Source: an uncultured Bacteroidales bacterium
GTDB taxonomy: Bacteria; Bacteroidota; Bacteroidia; Bacteroidales; F082
Direction of reading: 5' to 3'
DNA length: 64,000 bases
NCBI GenBank assembly: GCA_947305795.1
Contig: CAMZEK010000007.1
Location: forward strand, 627-64,626
The translations under genes were made by a program, and so were the position numbers. The notes under the pieces are model-generated. The model worked only from the letters and a program-made list of their open reading frames with translations, was not told the DNA's origin and made no database searches. Shown in pieces: positions 37,846 through 47,442 of this stretch; position 1 is the stretch's first letter; each line of letters begins with the position of its first letter.

Positions 37846-39039
37846 ATGAGACAAATCATCAACAGCCTGTTAGACAATGACCTCTACACCTTCAGCGTGT
37901 GCTACGCCTACCTGCAGAAGTTTCCACGCGCCATGGGACAATACACCTTCGTCGACCGCAACAATACGGTCTATCCCAAAGGCTTTGCCGAAAAGCTGAG
38001 AGCACAGTTCGACCTTTACGGCAGTATAAAAATCACCGACGAGGAAGTGCGTTTCATGAAGCGGAAATGCTACTACTTCCCGCTGTGGTTCTTCACCTTC
38101 CTGAAAGGCTTCCACATGCGTCCCTCCGAGGTCGAGGTGAGCCAAGATGAAGAAGGTCATCTCCACATTCAAGTGACAGGCCTGCTTTGGCGCACCGTGT
38201 TTTGGGAGATGCCCATCCTCGCCACCGTTTCCGAGCTGATGCACGAACTGAAAGGCGAATTTGAGCATTACGATGCTGGGAAGGAATACAAGAAATCCTA
38301 CGACAAGGCTATCCGACTCATCGGCAACGGCGTGAAGTTCAGCGACTTCGGTACACGCCGTCGTTTCTCGTTTGAGCATCAGGACTTGGTCATCCGCAGT
38401 TTCATCGAAGCACAGAAGCAATTCACCAAAACCTGCTTCGTCGGTACCTCCAACGTGCTGTTGGCCATGAAATATGACCTCACCCCTATCGGCACGATGA
38501 GCCATCAATTCATCGAGACTTGTTCGCTCTACGGCTACAATGAGGCCAACTATTTGGCGATGGACTACTGGCAGGAGGTGTATACCGGTAGCTTGGGCGT
38601 ATTCCTTTACGACACATACACGCGCAAGGCTTTCTTCCAGAATTTCACCACACTGCACGCCAAGTTGTTTGACGGCCTGCGTGTCGACAGTGGCGACAAC
38701 ATCGAGGCTTTGGAGGAAATCATCGCCAAATACAAGGAACTCGGCATCGACCCAGCGCAGAAATCCATCATCTTCAGCAACGGTTTGAACGTGGACGAGG
38801 CCATCGCCATCCATGAGGCCGTCAATGGGCGAATGCAAGACTCCTTCGGTATCGGCACTCACCTCACTTGCGACATCGACAACGTGAAAGCCATGAACAT
38901 CGTGGTGAAACTCACCGCCGCCAAGATCACTGAGAAACGTACGTGGAAGAAAGTGGTCAAGCTCAGCGACGACCATGGCAAATACACCGGCGACCCCGAA
39001 GAGATTGAGATTTGCAAGAAGACGCTGGAAATTGATTAA
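37846..39039 (+). CDS. pncB: nicotinate phosphoribosyltransferase
   Basis: 397 aa. 'SLLDNDLYTFSVCYAYLQKFP', 'FSDFGTRRRFS' and 'DSGD' are PncB-type motifs. Confidence 0.9.
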   Translation: MRQIINSLLDNDLYTFSVCYAYLQKFPRAMGQYTFVDRNNTVYPKGFAEKLRAQFDLYGSIKITDEEVRFMKRKCYYFPLWFFTFLKGFHMRPSEVEVSQDEEGHLHIQVTGLLWRTVFWEMPILATVSELMHELKGEFEHYDAGKEYKKSYDKAIRLIGNGVKFSDFGTRRRFSFEHQDLVIRSFIEAQKQFTKTCFVGTSNVLLAMKYDLTPIGTMSHQFIETCSLYGYNEANYLAMDYWQEVYTGSLGVFLYDTYTRKAFFQNFTTLHAKLFDGLRVDSGDNIEALEEIIAKYKELGIDPAQKSIIFSNGLNVDEAIAIHEAVNGRMQDSFGIGTHLTCDIDNVKAMNIVVKLTAAKITEKRTWKKVVKLSDDHGKYTGDPEEIEICKKTLEID

Positions 39040-41195
39040 AACGCCTTCCTCCACCCACACCCATTCCGCCACTCGGAACAGCCGTATGCGGTTTTACCTT
39101 TTATGATATGCCCCTTGCCGCACAGCGGACACACCTGCCCAATGATGGCATCGGGATTAGTGTCAGAAGGCATAGATTCCATTCCACCCACATCCTTACG
39201 CGGGAATGACATGCCTTCTGAGGTTTTCTTCTGTTCGGAAGGCATGTTATTCCTACGTTGGACCGTGCGTTGGCTGGAATCTATGCCTTCCGAGGCTTTC
39301 TTAGTCTTTTGTGTAGTGCTTTTCTTAGGCGCAGCTTTTTTCGGCTTCTCCTCCACCACGGCCGCTGCCACACGACGGTTGCTGTTGTCCATCATCACCG
39401 TGGTAACGATTTCCGTAACCATTTGTTTTAGTTCGTCCAAAAACTGTCGAGCTTCATACTTATGTTGCTCAATCTCACGGAGTTTCTTTTCCCAAATGCC
39501 CGTCAGTTCGGCGCTTTTCAGCAGGTCCTCATGGATGAGGCCGATGAGCTCAATGCCAGTAGGCGTGGGTTCGAGGCTTTTGCGCACCTTATTAATATAA
39601 TGCCGCTTAAATAGCGTCTCGATGATGGCGGCGCGCGTAGAAGGTCGCCCGATGCCGTTTTCTTTCATCACCTCGCGCAGGGACTCATCCTCAACGAGTT
39701 TGCCCGCCGTCTCCATGGCACGGAGCAAAGTGGCTTCGGTGTAAGGTTTCGGCGGCGTGGTCCACTTTTCGGCCAACTGCGGCTGGTGCGGTCCGTGTTC
39801 GCCTTTCTCGAAGATAGGCAAGGTTTTTTCCTCGTCCTCCTGCCCTTCCTTCTTCTCCTCTTCCTGCATCACCGGCTTAATGACCTCGCGCCAGCCTGGA
39901 ACCAAAATCTGCTTGCCCGAAGTCTTGAACTCCACATCCTCCACTTTCCCAAAAATGGTTGTCGTAGCAAACTGACAATCAGGGTAAAACACGGCAATGA
40001 AATGGCGGCAGACTTCGTCATAGACCTTCTCTTCGGCAAAGGACAAACCCTGCGGCACCACGCCCGTCGGAATGATGGCATGGTGGTCGGTGACCTTGCT
40101 ATTGTCGAACACTTTCTTGCTCTTGGGCAGCTTCTTCCCCGCCAATGGATTAGTGTATTCAGCGTAATTTGTGAGTTTCGAGAGTATATCTGGACATTTT
40201 GGATAAATATCGTCGCTCAGATAAGTGGTATCGACGCGCGGATAGGTGGTGTATTTCTTCTCGTAAAGGCTTTGTATGGTCTGCAAAGTCTGGTCGGCGG
40301 ACATATTGTATTTCTTGTTGCACTCCACCTGCAAGGAGGTCAAGTCGTATAGTCTTGGCGGAGCTTCCGTGCCGTTTTTCTTTTGCACTCCAGTCACCTC
40401 AAACTCCTTACCTCTTATCGACTCCAGTGCCCTTCTACCCTCTTCCTCGTTCTTAATGCGATTGCGGTACTTATCGGTATTTTCCGAGTCTTCTGTATCG
40501 GCAACCACCAAGTTGAAAAGGGTGTCACGATATATCGTAGAGAGCAGCCAGTACTGCTCCGGCTTGAAGTTCACAATCTCATGGTAGCGGTTGACAATCA
40601 GTGCCAAAGTGGGCGTTTGCACCCGACCGATAGACAGCACTTGTCGGTTTTGGCCGTATTTCAAAGTATAAAGCCGCGTGGCGTTCATGCCCAACAGCCA
40701 GTCACCGATGGCACGGCTGAGTCCGGCCTCGTAAAGCGACTGATACTCAGATTGGTCCTTCAAGTTCTTGAAGCCCTCGCTGATGGCTTCTTCGGTCAGC
40801 GAATTAATCCAAAGCCGTTTCACGGGACAATGCACGGCGGCCTTCTGCATCACCCAACGCTGGATGAGTTCACCCTCTTGCCCGGCATCGCCGCAGTTCA
40901 CGATTTCATCGGCTTTATGAAACAAGGACTCAATGATTTTGAACTGCTTCTCATAGCCTTTGTCGGCAATCAGCTTAATGCCAAAGCGTTGCGGAATCAT
41001 CGGCAATCGGCTCAAGGCCCACGCCTTCCATTGGTCGGTGTAGTCGTGTGGCTCCTTCAGTGTGCAAAGGTGGCCGAAAGTCCACGTCACCTGATAACCG
41101 TTACCTTCCATGTAGCCCTCATGCTTGGTGTTGGCTCCAAGAACCTTGGCAATACCACGGGCGACATCCGGTTTTTCGGCGATGCAGACAATCAT
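39036..41195 (-). CDS. topB: DNA topoisomerase III with C-terminal zinc-ribbon
   Basis: 'MIVCIAEKPDVARGIAKVLG...YQVTWTFGHL' (TOPRIM), 'SIGRVQTPTLALIV', 'KKYTTYPRVDTTYL' (active-site Tyr region). Lys/Ser-rich linker, then 'CPLCGKGHIIKGKTAYGCSEWRNGCGW'. Confidence 0.9.
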   Translation of the reverse strand: MIVCIAEKPDVARGIAKVLGANTKHEGYMEGNGYQVTWTFGHLCTLKEPHDYTDQWKAWALSRLPMIPQRFGIKLIADKGYEKQFKIIESLFHKADEIVNCGDAGQEGELIQRWVMQKAAVHCPVKRLWINSLTEEAISEGFKNLKDQSEYQSLYEAGLSRAIGDWLLGMNATRLYTLKYGQNRQVLSIGRVQTPTLALIVNRYHEIVNFKPEQYWLLSTIYRDTLFNLVVADTEDSENTDKYRNRIKNEEEGRRALESIRGKEFEVTGVQKKNGTEAPPRLYDLTSLQVECNKKYNMSADQTLQTIQSLYEKKYTTYPRVDTTYLSDDIYPKCPDILSKLTNYAEYTNPLAGKKLPKSKKVFDNSKVTDHHAIIPTGVVPQGLSFAEEKVYDEVCRHFIAVFYPDCQFATTTIFGKVEDVEFKTSGKQILVPGWREVIKPVMQEEEKKEGQEDEEKTLPIFEKGEHGPHQPQLAEKWTTPPKPYTEATLLRAMETAGKLVEDESLREVMKENGIGRPSTRAAIIETLFKRHYINKVRKSLEPTPTGIELIGLIHEDLLKSAELTGIWEKKLREIEQHKYEARQFLDELKQMVTEIVTTVMMDNSNRRVAAAVVEEKPKKAAPKKSTTQKTKKASEGIDSSQRTVQRRNNMPSEQKKTSEGMSFPRKDVGGMESMPSDTNPDAIIGQVCPLCGKGHIIKGKTAYGCSEWRNGCGWRKAF

Positions 41196-41238
41196 TATAG
41201 TTAAGAGTTAAAAGTTAAGAGTTTGGAGTTATCAGTTG
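41196..41238 (-). promoter_or_regulatory. six perfectly phased AACTNNN heptads abutting the topB start codon
   Basis: The minus strand reads AACTGAT AACTCCA AACTCTT AACTTTT AACTCTT AACTATA ATG. On the plus strand AGTT occurs at 41199, 41206, 41213, 41220, 41227 and 41234. Confidence 0.5.
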
Positions 41239-41271
41239 TTCGGGTTTGGGTCGTGTCATCACTATATGGAG

Positions 41272-42042
41272 CTACTCAAACATCTCGATAAAACCATCAT
41301 TTTCAGTGGCATAGCGCAACTTTTTTTGGTAGGGGTCGTAGCGCAACAAGACATTGTAATAATAGTTCAGGTTCTTCATCTTTGCGCCAACATAGCTGTT
41401 CATCATGTAGTCGTAGGTGTAACCCGCATAGAGTTTCCCAAGATACACGGCATAATTATACACATCGCCAAGTTTCACTGTATCAATGGTATAGTTGTAT
41501 TCCAACTTGCCCAACCAGAAGGAATAATCCGTCTCGGAATCAAAGCCGTCAATGAGGTTGTGCTCGCAAAACAGCACAGGTTTCCAATCGCCGTCGTTGA
41601 TTTCGAACCACGACGCCACATTCACGGTATTCAACGGGTGCTTGTAGCTGTATTCGTCGGTGTCGCTGAACAGATAGTCCTCATACTCCGTAATCCGCCC
41701 AGAAATCTCCATCCGAGAGAGCATCACAAGCCAATGCACGGAATCAACTTGCACGTTGTCAGCGTCTTCTGGAACATAGACATCAAGGCCGTATGCGCGC
41801 AGCATATCCGCGTAAGCGCTATACATCACATCCAAAAACAGGTCCTGACTGAAGCCTTCCAACACCTCGGTTGTGCCATAATTTGGCGCATATTCCACCT
41901 TCACCTCGGCCTTTTCGGGAAAATAGACCGCCACGCGGGTGTCCGTTTGCTCGGCCACGAAACTCTTGGCCAATTTCAGTTCCGTTTGGCAGCTTGAAAA
42001 TGCCAAAACCATCAGCAATGCTATGAACAAAACCTTTTTCAT
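41272..42042 (-). CDS. lipoprotein of unknown function
   Basis: ATG 42042 gives 'MKKVLFIALLMVLAFSSC', a lipoprotein signal. TGATG 1-nt overlap with the parC stop. I recognise no domain. Confidence 0.5.
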   Translation of the reverse strand: MKKVLFIALLMVLAFSSCQTELKLAKSFVAEQTDTRVAVYFPEKAEVKVEYAPNYGTTEVLEGFSQDLFLDVMYSAYADMLRAYGLDVYVPEDADNVQVDSVHWLVMLSRMEISGRITEYEDYLFSDTDEYSYKHPLNTVNVASWFEINDGDWKPVLFCEHNLIDGFDSETDYSFWLGKLEYNYTIDTVKLGDVYNYAVYLGKLYAGYTYDYMMNSYVGAKMKNLNYYYNVLLRYDPYQKKLRYATENDGFIEMFE

Positions 42043-44795
42043 CACAAATCGTTTCCAAACAGATCCATTTGCACACCATCACCGCCCTTGGATTCTTCGT
42101 CCGTAGGCTTAACCACCTCAAACGGAATGTCGGCGGGGTTGATTTCTATCTTATCAGTATCTACCTCACTTTCAACAGGTTCCTCAACTTCTTCCTCAGT
42201 CGGTTCAGGTTGGAAAGGCTCAAGGAACTGCCAACTATCTATTTCTCTGGTTGACAGACGTTTACCCTTCGCCTTGTAGCTCTTGATGCCGATAAACTCC
42301 TCCACGTTGATTTTGTCGTCGGGGAAGCAGTTGCCAGCGTCGCTGACCTTGTAACTCAGCAGCAAACAGGGCAGGTCGTCAGTGCTGCGACCCAAATATT
42401 TCGCCTCGGGATGGTCACCGATGAAGGAAATACGGGTGTTCAGTTTGGTCTCGGCCTCGATGCAGAAACGCTTCAGGTACATCTTTTGCGTCTCGCCTTC
42501 GATATAGACCACGGAAAAAATCTCATCAGGGTTGAACTTCCTGATTTCCAGCATGTCATCATCGAAGTGGGTGTTGAGGTCGAAACCTGAAATCTTGAAC
42601 TCACCATTGCTGAAAATCTGTAAAATCTTGTCGTCACCCTCGAAAGCACCAAGGTACTGTCCGCGCTTGTCGGCATTGAGGCGACGAACGGTGTCGTCAT
42701 ACCAAATCTCGCGTGCGTCAAGGGTGGAAACGCCCTCCCCGCCCTTCTTGATTTCCTTGACCTCGTACTTCGTGAGCAGGTTGCCGCGCGTGTCACGACC
42801 TTTCACGGCCAAATCGGCAAACTTATAGTCGACGGTCTTCTGTTTCTTATTGAACAACACCAACGTCACCTTGATGACCTCGGCCTCGCCATTGGGATTC
42901 GACGAAAAATAACGCACCTTCGAGCCGGGCTTGCCTTGCGTGAGGTCGTATTCCTTGTCGCGGGTAACACCCTTTACGGCGAAACGCTTCACAAAGTGTG
43001 CCGCGCCGTTCTTACCGTCGCGATAGACGACATTATAGGTGGTACGGTCGTCGTTCTTGTGGAACACATCGACATGGATAACCTTCTGACCTACAAAGAG
43101 TTTCGGCTGCAACTTGACCACCGCGTACTTGCCATCCTCATGGAAAACAATAATGTCGTCCATGTCTGAGCAGTCGCACACGTACTCGTAGGCTTCCTTG
43201 TTCTTCTCGCGCTTCAAGCCCTCGCCTGTGCAGACAAAGCCTTCTTCCCTATTGACATACAGTTTCTCGTTGTTTGCCGCCACTGCCACTGCCGAGATGT
43301 TGTCGAAGTTGCGGATTTCGGTTTTGCGTTCGCGGCCCTCTCCGTATTTTTCCTTGATATGCAAAAAATAATTAATGGTGTAATCAACGATGTTGTCAAG
43401 GTTGTAATGCGCCTCTTCCATACGCTTCTCAATATCAGCCAACTGCTCATCAGCTTTCTTGATGTCGAACTTGGAAATCTTGCGCACGGGCTTCTCGCAG
43501 AGTTTCTCCACGTCCTCACGCGTGATTTCGCGTTTCAACAACTTGCGATACTTGTCGAAGCGCCGCTCGATGCCAGTGAGTTGGTCTTCCCAAGTCTCAT
43601 AGTCCTTGTTTTCCAACTCCTTATAAATGCCTTTCTCAAAGAAAATCTTCTCTAACGAAATCCAATGCCAACTGTTTTCGAGTTCCTCGATGAGGATGCG
43701 CAACTCCCAACTGAGAAGTTCCATCGTGCGGTCGGTGCTGAGTTTCAAGATCTCGCTCACACCCATGAAGGCCGGATGGTCATTGACGATGACGCAAGCA
43801 TTAGGCGAAATGGAGACCTCGCAATCGGTGAAAGCATAGAGTGCATCGATGGTCTGGTCGGGCGAAACGCCAGGGTTCAAATAGATGACGATTTCACACT
43901 GCTCAGCGGTGTTGTCGTCGATTTTCTTGATTTTGATTTTGCCTTTGTCATTACACTTCACGATGCTATCAATCAGGCTACCCGTAGTTGTTCCAAATGG
44001 TATCTCACTGATTACAAGTGTTTTCTTGTCCTGTTGGCTGATTCTTGCACGAATGCGTACCTTGCCCCCACGCAGACCATCATTGTAGTTGGTCACGTCC
44101 ATCAGGCCACCCGTCGGGAAGTCAGGATAGAGCGTGAAAGGCTCGTCGCGCAGGTATGCGATGGAGGCATCAATCAGTTCGTTGAAGTTGTGGGGCAAAA
44201 ACTTGGAGGCCAAACCTACGGCAATGCCTTCCGTGCCTTGTGCCAGCAGCAATGGGAATTTCACCGGCAGCGAGACGGGTTCGGCATTACGGTTGTCGTA
44301 GGAGCGCGTCCAGTCGGTGGTTTTATGGTTGAAAACGACCTCCTTGGCAAACTTTGAAAGCCTCGCCTCGATGTAACGCGGAGCGGCAGCATCGTCACCC
44401 GTGAGGATGTTGCCAAAATTACCCTGCATATCGATAAGCAGTTCTTTCTGAGCCAGTTGCACCAAAGCATCACCGATGGAAGCATCACCATGCGGGTGGT
44501 ATTTCATCGTGTTGCCGACGATGTTAGCCACCTTGTTGAAACGTCCGTCGTCGAGTTCGTCCATCGAGTGCAGGATGCGGCGCTGCACGGGCTTCAGGCC
44601 GTCTTCGATGGCGGGCACGGCACGTTCAAGGATGACATACGAGGCGTAGTCGAGAAACCAGTTCTCGAACATGCCTTTCAGTGGTATGACATGGTATTCA
44701 TCTTCCTGAGCCTGAGCGTCTTCCACGCCTTCAAAACTCTCGTCCACGGGCTGCTCGTCCAAAGCTTCGTTTTCCGTTTTGTCTTCGATATCCAT
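42042..44795 (-). CDS. parC: DNA topoisomerase IV subunit A (GyrA/ParC family)
   Basis: 'FLDYASYVILERAVPAIEDGLKPVQRRILHSM' and 'KYHPHGDASIGDALVQLAQ'. Start set at ATG 44795 (MDIEDKTENE...); the track ORF extends upstream. Confidence 0.85.
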   Translation of the reverse strand: MDIEDKTENEALDEQPVDESFEGVEDAQAQEDEYHVIPLKGMFENWFLDYASYVILERAVPAIEDGLKPVQRRILHSMDELDDGRFNKVANIVGNTMKYHPHGDASIGDALVQLAQKELLIDMQGNFGNILTGDDAAAPRYIEARLSKFAKEVVFNHKTTDWTRSYDNRNAEPVSLPVKFPLLLAQGTEGIAVGLASKFLPHNFNELIDASIAYLRDEPFTLYPDFPTGGLMDVTNYNDGLRGGKVRIRARISQQDKKTLVISEIPFGTTTGSLIDSIVKCNDKGKIKIKKIDDNTAEQCEIVIYLNPGVSPDQTIDALYAFTDCEVSISPNACVIVNDHPAFMGVSEILKLSTDRTMELLSWELRILIEELENSWHWISLEKIFFEKGIYKELENKDYETWEDQLTGIERRFDKYRKLLKREITREDVEKLCEKPVRKISKFDIKKADEQLADIEKRMEEAHYNLDNIVDYTINYFLHIKEKYGEGRERKTEIRNFDNISAVAVAANNEKLYVNREEGFVCTGEGLKREKNKEAYEYVCDCSDMDDIIVFHEDGKYAVVKLQPKLFVGQKVIHVDVFHKNDDRTTYNVVYRDGKNGAAHFVKRFAVKGVTRDKEYDLTQGKPGSKVRYFSSNPNGEAEVIKVTLVLFNKKQKTVDYKFADLAVKGRDTRGNLLTKYEVKEIKKGGEGVSTLDAREIWYDDTVRRLNADKRGQYLGAFEGDDKILQIFSNGEFKISGFDLNTHFDDDMLEIRKFNPDEIFSVVYIEGETQKMYLKRFCIEAETKLNTRISFIGDHPEAKYLGRSTDDLPCLLLSYKVSDAGNCFPDDKINVEEFIGIKSYKAKGKRLSTREIDSWQFLEPFQPEPTEEEVEEPVESEVDTDKIEINPADIPFEVVKPTDEESKGGDGVQMDLFGNDL

Positions 44796-44922
44796 TATGC
44801 GTTTTCTATTGCTTGCAAAAATAATAAAAAAACACTTTCCATCATGTAAATTTTGCACAATGACCACAAATGAAACAGGGCGGCTTGAAACCAAACCGCC
44901 CTGTCTTTACTTACTGATTATT

Positions 44923-46938
44923 TCAATCCTCAGCAATCTTCAATTTATCCTCCAACAATTTAAGATCTTCTTTTGCCTTATTGATTTTCTTCTCATACTC
45001 TGCCTTCATCAACTCTGAGTTTTTGCTGTTGGAGAAGAAACCAATGTTGTTTTCTAACACGGCAATCTCATCACGAAGCTTCTGGATCCTATTTTGCAAC
45101 GAAAGGCGTTCTTTCCTCACTTTATCATAGCCTTCTGGATTGTCCTTGAGACCTTCCATCATCTCTCTGTATTCGTTGGTCGAGATTTCATGCTGGTTCT
45201 TCCTCATCTGGTCGAACAGGTCGTCGATCAGCTTTCTGTATTCCTTATTAATGGCTTCCTTCTGTTTCATCGGCACATAACCAATTTCAATCCATTGCTT
45301 CTGGAAGCTCTTGATGGCATCCATATTCTCATTGCGATTCGGACCAATCTGGAAGGCCATGATAGCTTCAAGCAAGGCTTTCTTGGCGGCGAGGTTGGCT
45401 TCTTCCTCCGACCTGCGCCCGCTAAAGTGCTCATTCTTACGATTAAAGAAGGTATCGCAAGCAGTGCGGAAACGTTTCCAAATCTTGTCAGTATGGCGTT
45501 TCGGCACGGGACCGATGGTCTTCCATTCTTCCTGAAGCTTTTTCAACTGCTCGGTGGCGTTTCTCCAGTCCGTCGATTCCATCAAAGCCTCAGCCTCAAG
45601 GCAAAGCTGTGTCTTGCGGTCAAGGTTCTCGGTTTGACGGTCTTTCATTGATGCGAAAAACTCCTTCTTTTTCGCGAAGAACGTATCCATGGCGGTCTTG
45701 AAACGATTCCAGATTTCCTCGTTGTCCTTCTTGGCGGCAGGTCCTATGGCCTTCCACATCTTGAAGATCTCGGCGAAGTCGGTGGATTTCTTTTGCCACG
45801 CATTCACACTAGTATATTCCTCGCCGATAATCTCCTCTGCTTTCTCACACAAGGCTTTCTTGGCCTCAAGGTTGGTATTTTGCTCCTCTTGCAATTTGGA
45901 GTAGTGCTCGCGGCGAATTTGGTTGATTTTGTCTGAAGCAGCCTTGAAGCGTTCCCAAATCTCCTCTTTCTTGTCTTGCGGCACAGGCCCGATTTCCTTC
46001 CAGTCCTCGTGCAGCTTCTGCAAAGCCTTGAACGACTTGGTCATCGACTTCTCGTTGAGCAGTTCCTCTGCCTTTTCGCACAAGTCAATCTTCGCATCCA
46101 GGTTTTTCTTCATGTCAAGGTCACGAAGCTCACGCCCGATTCTGACCTTGTCGAAGAACTGTTCCACAAGGAAATGATAGTTGTTCCAAAGGTTGGCGTT
46201 TTCCGTTGCCGGCACCTGCCCGATTTCCTTCCAACGATCCTGGAGGGCACGGAAGTCGTCGTAGGTCTTCTTCAGCGACTCGTCAGAGGCGATAATCTGC
46301 TTCAATTCCTCAAGCAGAGCCTGCTTCTGCGCAAGATTCTCCACTTTTTGCCTTTCAATGTCCTCGTTTTGCTTGGCGCGATTAGCCTTGAAAATACCGA
46401 ATGCTGCATTGAACCTTTGTTCGAGCGGATCTTCCGCGTGCTGGAATTCTTCTTGCAAGCCGCCACCTTCAAGGAATTTGTCTAACTCATTGTCCATGTC
46501 CACCTTGTTCAATTGATTGAAATGGAGACGAATGGCAGCCACTTTGTCCTTGATTTTCAGCACATCCGGGTCTTGGACTGTCTCTTCAAGCAGTTCGACG
46601 AGTTGGAGCTTGTTCAAGCCAACCAAGTCATTGCTGTCTTCAACCACATCCTCCTCATCCTCCGCATCCGTAGCTCCTTCGATCTCAGGCATGACTTCAG
46701 GCATTTCGGGCATTTTTTCCTCCTCAAGTGCCGCAGGTTGGGCAGGCGTCTCGTCTTCGACCAAAGTACACACATCAATGCGCACCTTGCCTGGCAAAAT
46801 GTCGGGCTGAATCAGCTTCATGATTTTCTTTTTCTCGTTACCGTCGATAGCTTTCTTTACGCTCTTTGGCGTAACTTTTTCATTCTCAATTCCTTCGTTC
46901 AGTTCGGAATTTTGATTAAGTTGTTCTTTGTTTTCCAT
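44923..46938 (-). CDS. DUF349 domain protein
   Basis: 671 aa, acidic N-terminus. There are at least five repeats of the DUF349 unit ('LQDRWKEIGQVP..NLWNNY', 'LHEDWKEIGPVP..EIWERFK', 'MWKAIGPAAKKDNEEIWNRFK', 'LQEEWKTIGPVPKRHTDKIWKRFR', 'FQKQWIEIGYVP'). Confidence 0.75.
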   Translation of the reverse strand: MENKEQLNQNSELNEGIENEKVTPKSVKKAIDGNEKKKIMKLIQPDILPGKVRIDVCTLVEDETPAQPAALEEEKMPEMPEVMPEIEGATDAEDEEDVVEDSNDLVGLNKLQLVELLEETVQDPDVLKIKDKVAAIRLHFNQLNKVDMDNELDKFLEGGGLQEEFQHAEDPLEQRFNAAFGIFKANRAKQNEDIERQKVENLAQKQALLEELKQIIASDESLKKTYDDFRALQDRWKEIGQVPATENANLWNNYHFLVEQFFDKVRIGRELRDLDMKKNLDAKIDLCEKAEELLNEKSMTKSFKALQKLHEDWKEIGPVPQDKKEEIWERFKAASDKINQIRREHYSKLQEEQNTNLEAKKALCEKAEEIIGEEYTSVNAWQKKSTDFAEIFKMWKAIGPAAKKDNEEIWNRFKTAMDTFFAKKKEFFASMKDRQTENLDRKTQLCLEAEALMESTDWRNATEQLKKLQEEWKTIGPVPKRHTDKIWKRFRTACDTFFNRKNEHFSGRRSEEEANLAAKKALLEAIMAFQIGPNRNENMDAIKSFQKQWIEIGYVPMKQKEAINKEYRKLIDDLFDQMRKNQHEISTNEYREMMEGLKDNPEGYDKVRKERLSLQNRIQKLRDEIAVLENNIGFFSNSKNSELMKAEYEKKINKAKEDLKLLEDKLKIAED

Positions 46939-47001
46939 TTCAATTCATTTTAGTAATAGCCAAGGATCTTTTTCCTCGACTTTGTTGGACAATAAATCGT
47001 G

Positions 47002-47009
47002 CAAATATA
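47002..47009 (-). promoter_or_regulatory. Bacteroidota -7 promoter box (TAnnTTTG)
   Basis: Minus-strand TATATTTG about 63 nt upstream of ATG 46938. Confidence 0.35.
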
Positions 47010-47200
47010 GGAATATTTTAAGTCGCACACCGAAATTTTCATTTAATTTTCTCATTTTCGGTCAATTTTCTCACTATTCGGTTTTCATGTGCTAAAAAGA
47101 CCCATTTTGTGTTCTACGTTATATTCATCTGATTTTCAGAAAATAACAAAATAATTCAAAAAAAAGCGACAAAAATGATTGCAGATTCGGGAAAAATACC

Positions 47201-47208
47201 TACTTTTG
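47201..47208 (+). promoter_or_regulatory. Bacteroidota -7 promoter box (TAnnTTTG)
   Basis: TACTTTTG 20 nt upstream of the tRNA-Ser 5' end. Confidence 0.55.
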
Positions 47209-47228
47209 CACCCGCAATTCACAACCGA

Positions 47229-47317
47229 GGAGAGGTGGGTGAGTGGCTGAAACCAACAGTTTGCTAAACTGTCGTATCCTGCAAAGGGTACCGGGGGTTC
47301 GAATCCCCCCTTCTCCG
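47229..47317 (+). tRNA. tRNA-Ser (anticodon GCT)
   Basis: Acceptor GGAGAGG/CTTCTCC. Anticodon stem-loop ACAGT-TTGCTAA-ACTGT. Long variable arm. T-arm GGGGG-TTCGAAT-CCCCC. No encoded CCA. Confidence 0.9.
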
Positions 47318-47327
47318 CGAAAGAAAG

Positions 47328-47355
47328 AAGACGATGGTTGCATCGTCTTTTTTTT
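47328..47355 (+). terminator. hairpin plus T-run between the two tRNAs
   Basis: AAGACGATG-GTTG-CATCGTCTT followed by TTTTTT, running directly into the tRNA-Pro 5' end. Confidence 0.6.
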
Positions 47356-47430
47356 CGGGGTATGGCGCAGTCCGGCTAGCGCACCTGCTTTGGGAGCAGG
47401 GGGTCGAAGGTTCGAATCCTTTTGCCCCGA
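47356..47430 (+). tRNA. tRNA-Pro (anticodon TGG)
   Basis: Acceptor CGGGGTA/TGCCCCG. Anticodon stem-loop CCTGC-TTTGGGA-GCAGG. T-arm GAAGG-TTCGAAT-CCTTT. 75 nt, no encoded CCA. Confidence 0.9.
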
Positions 47431-47442
47431 CACTAAAAATCA

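Noticed and set aside
37870-39072. 400-aa ORF antisense to the whole of pncB.
   Set aside because: The plus-strand product has clear nicotinate phosphoribosyltransferase motifs. The antisense ORF is a low-complexity V/H/E/G-rich shadow frame typical of codon-biased genes.
41236-41997. 253-aa plus-strand ORF opposite the lipoprotein gene.
   Set aside because: The minus-strand frame has a canonical lipoprotein signal (LAFSSC) and is translationally coupled to parC. The plus-strand frame is V/H/I-rich shadow sequence.
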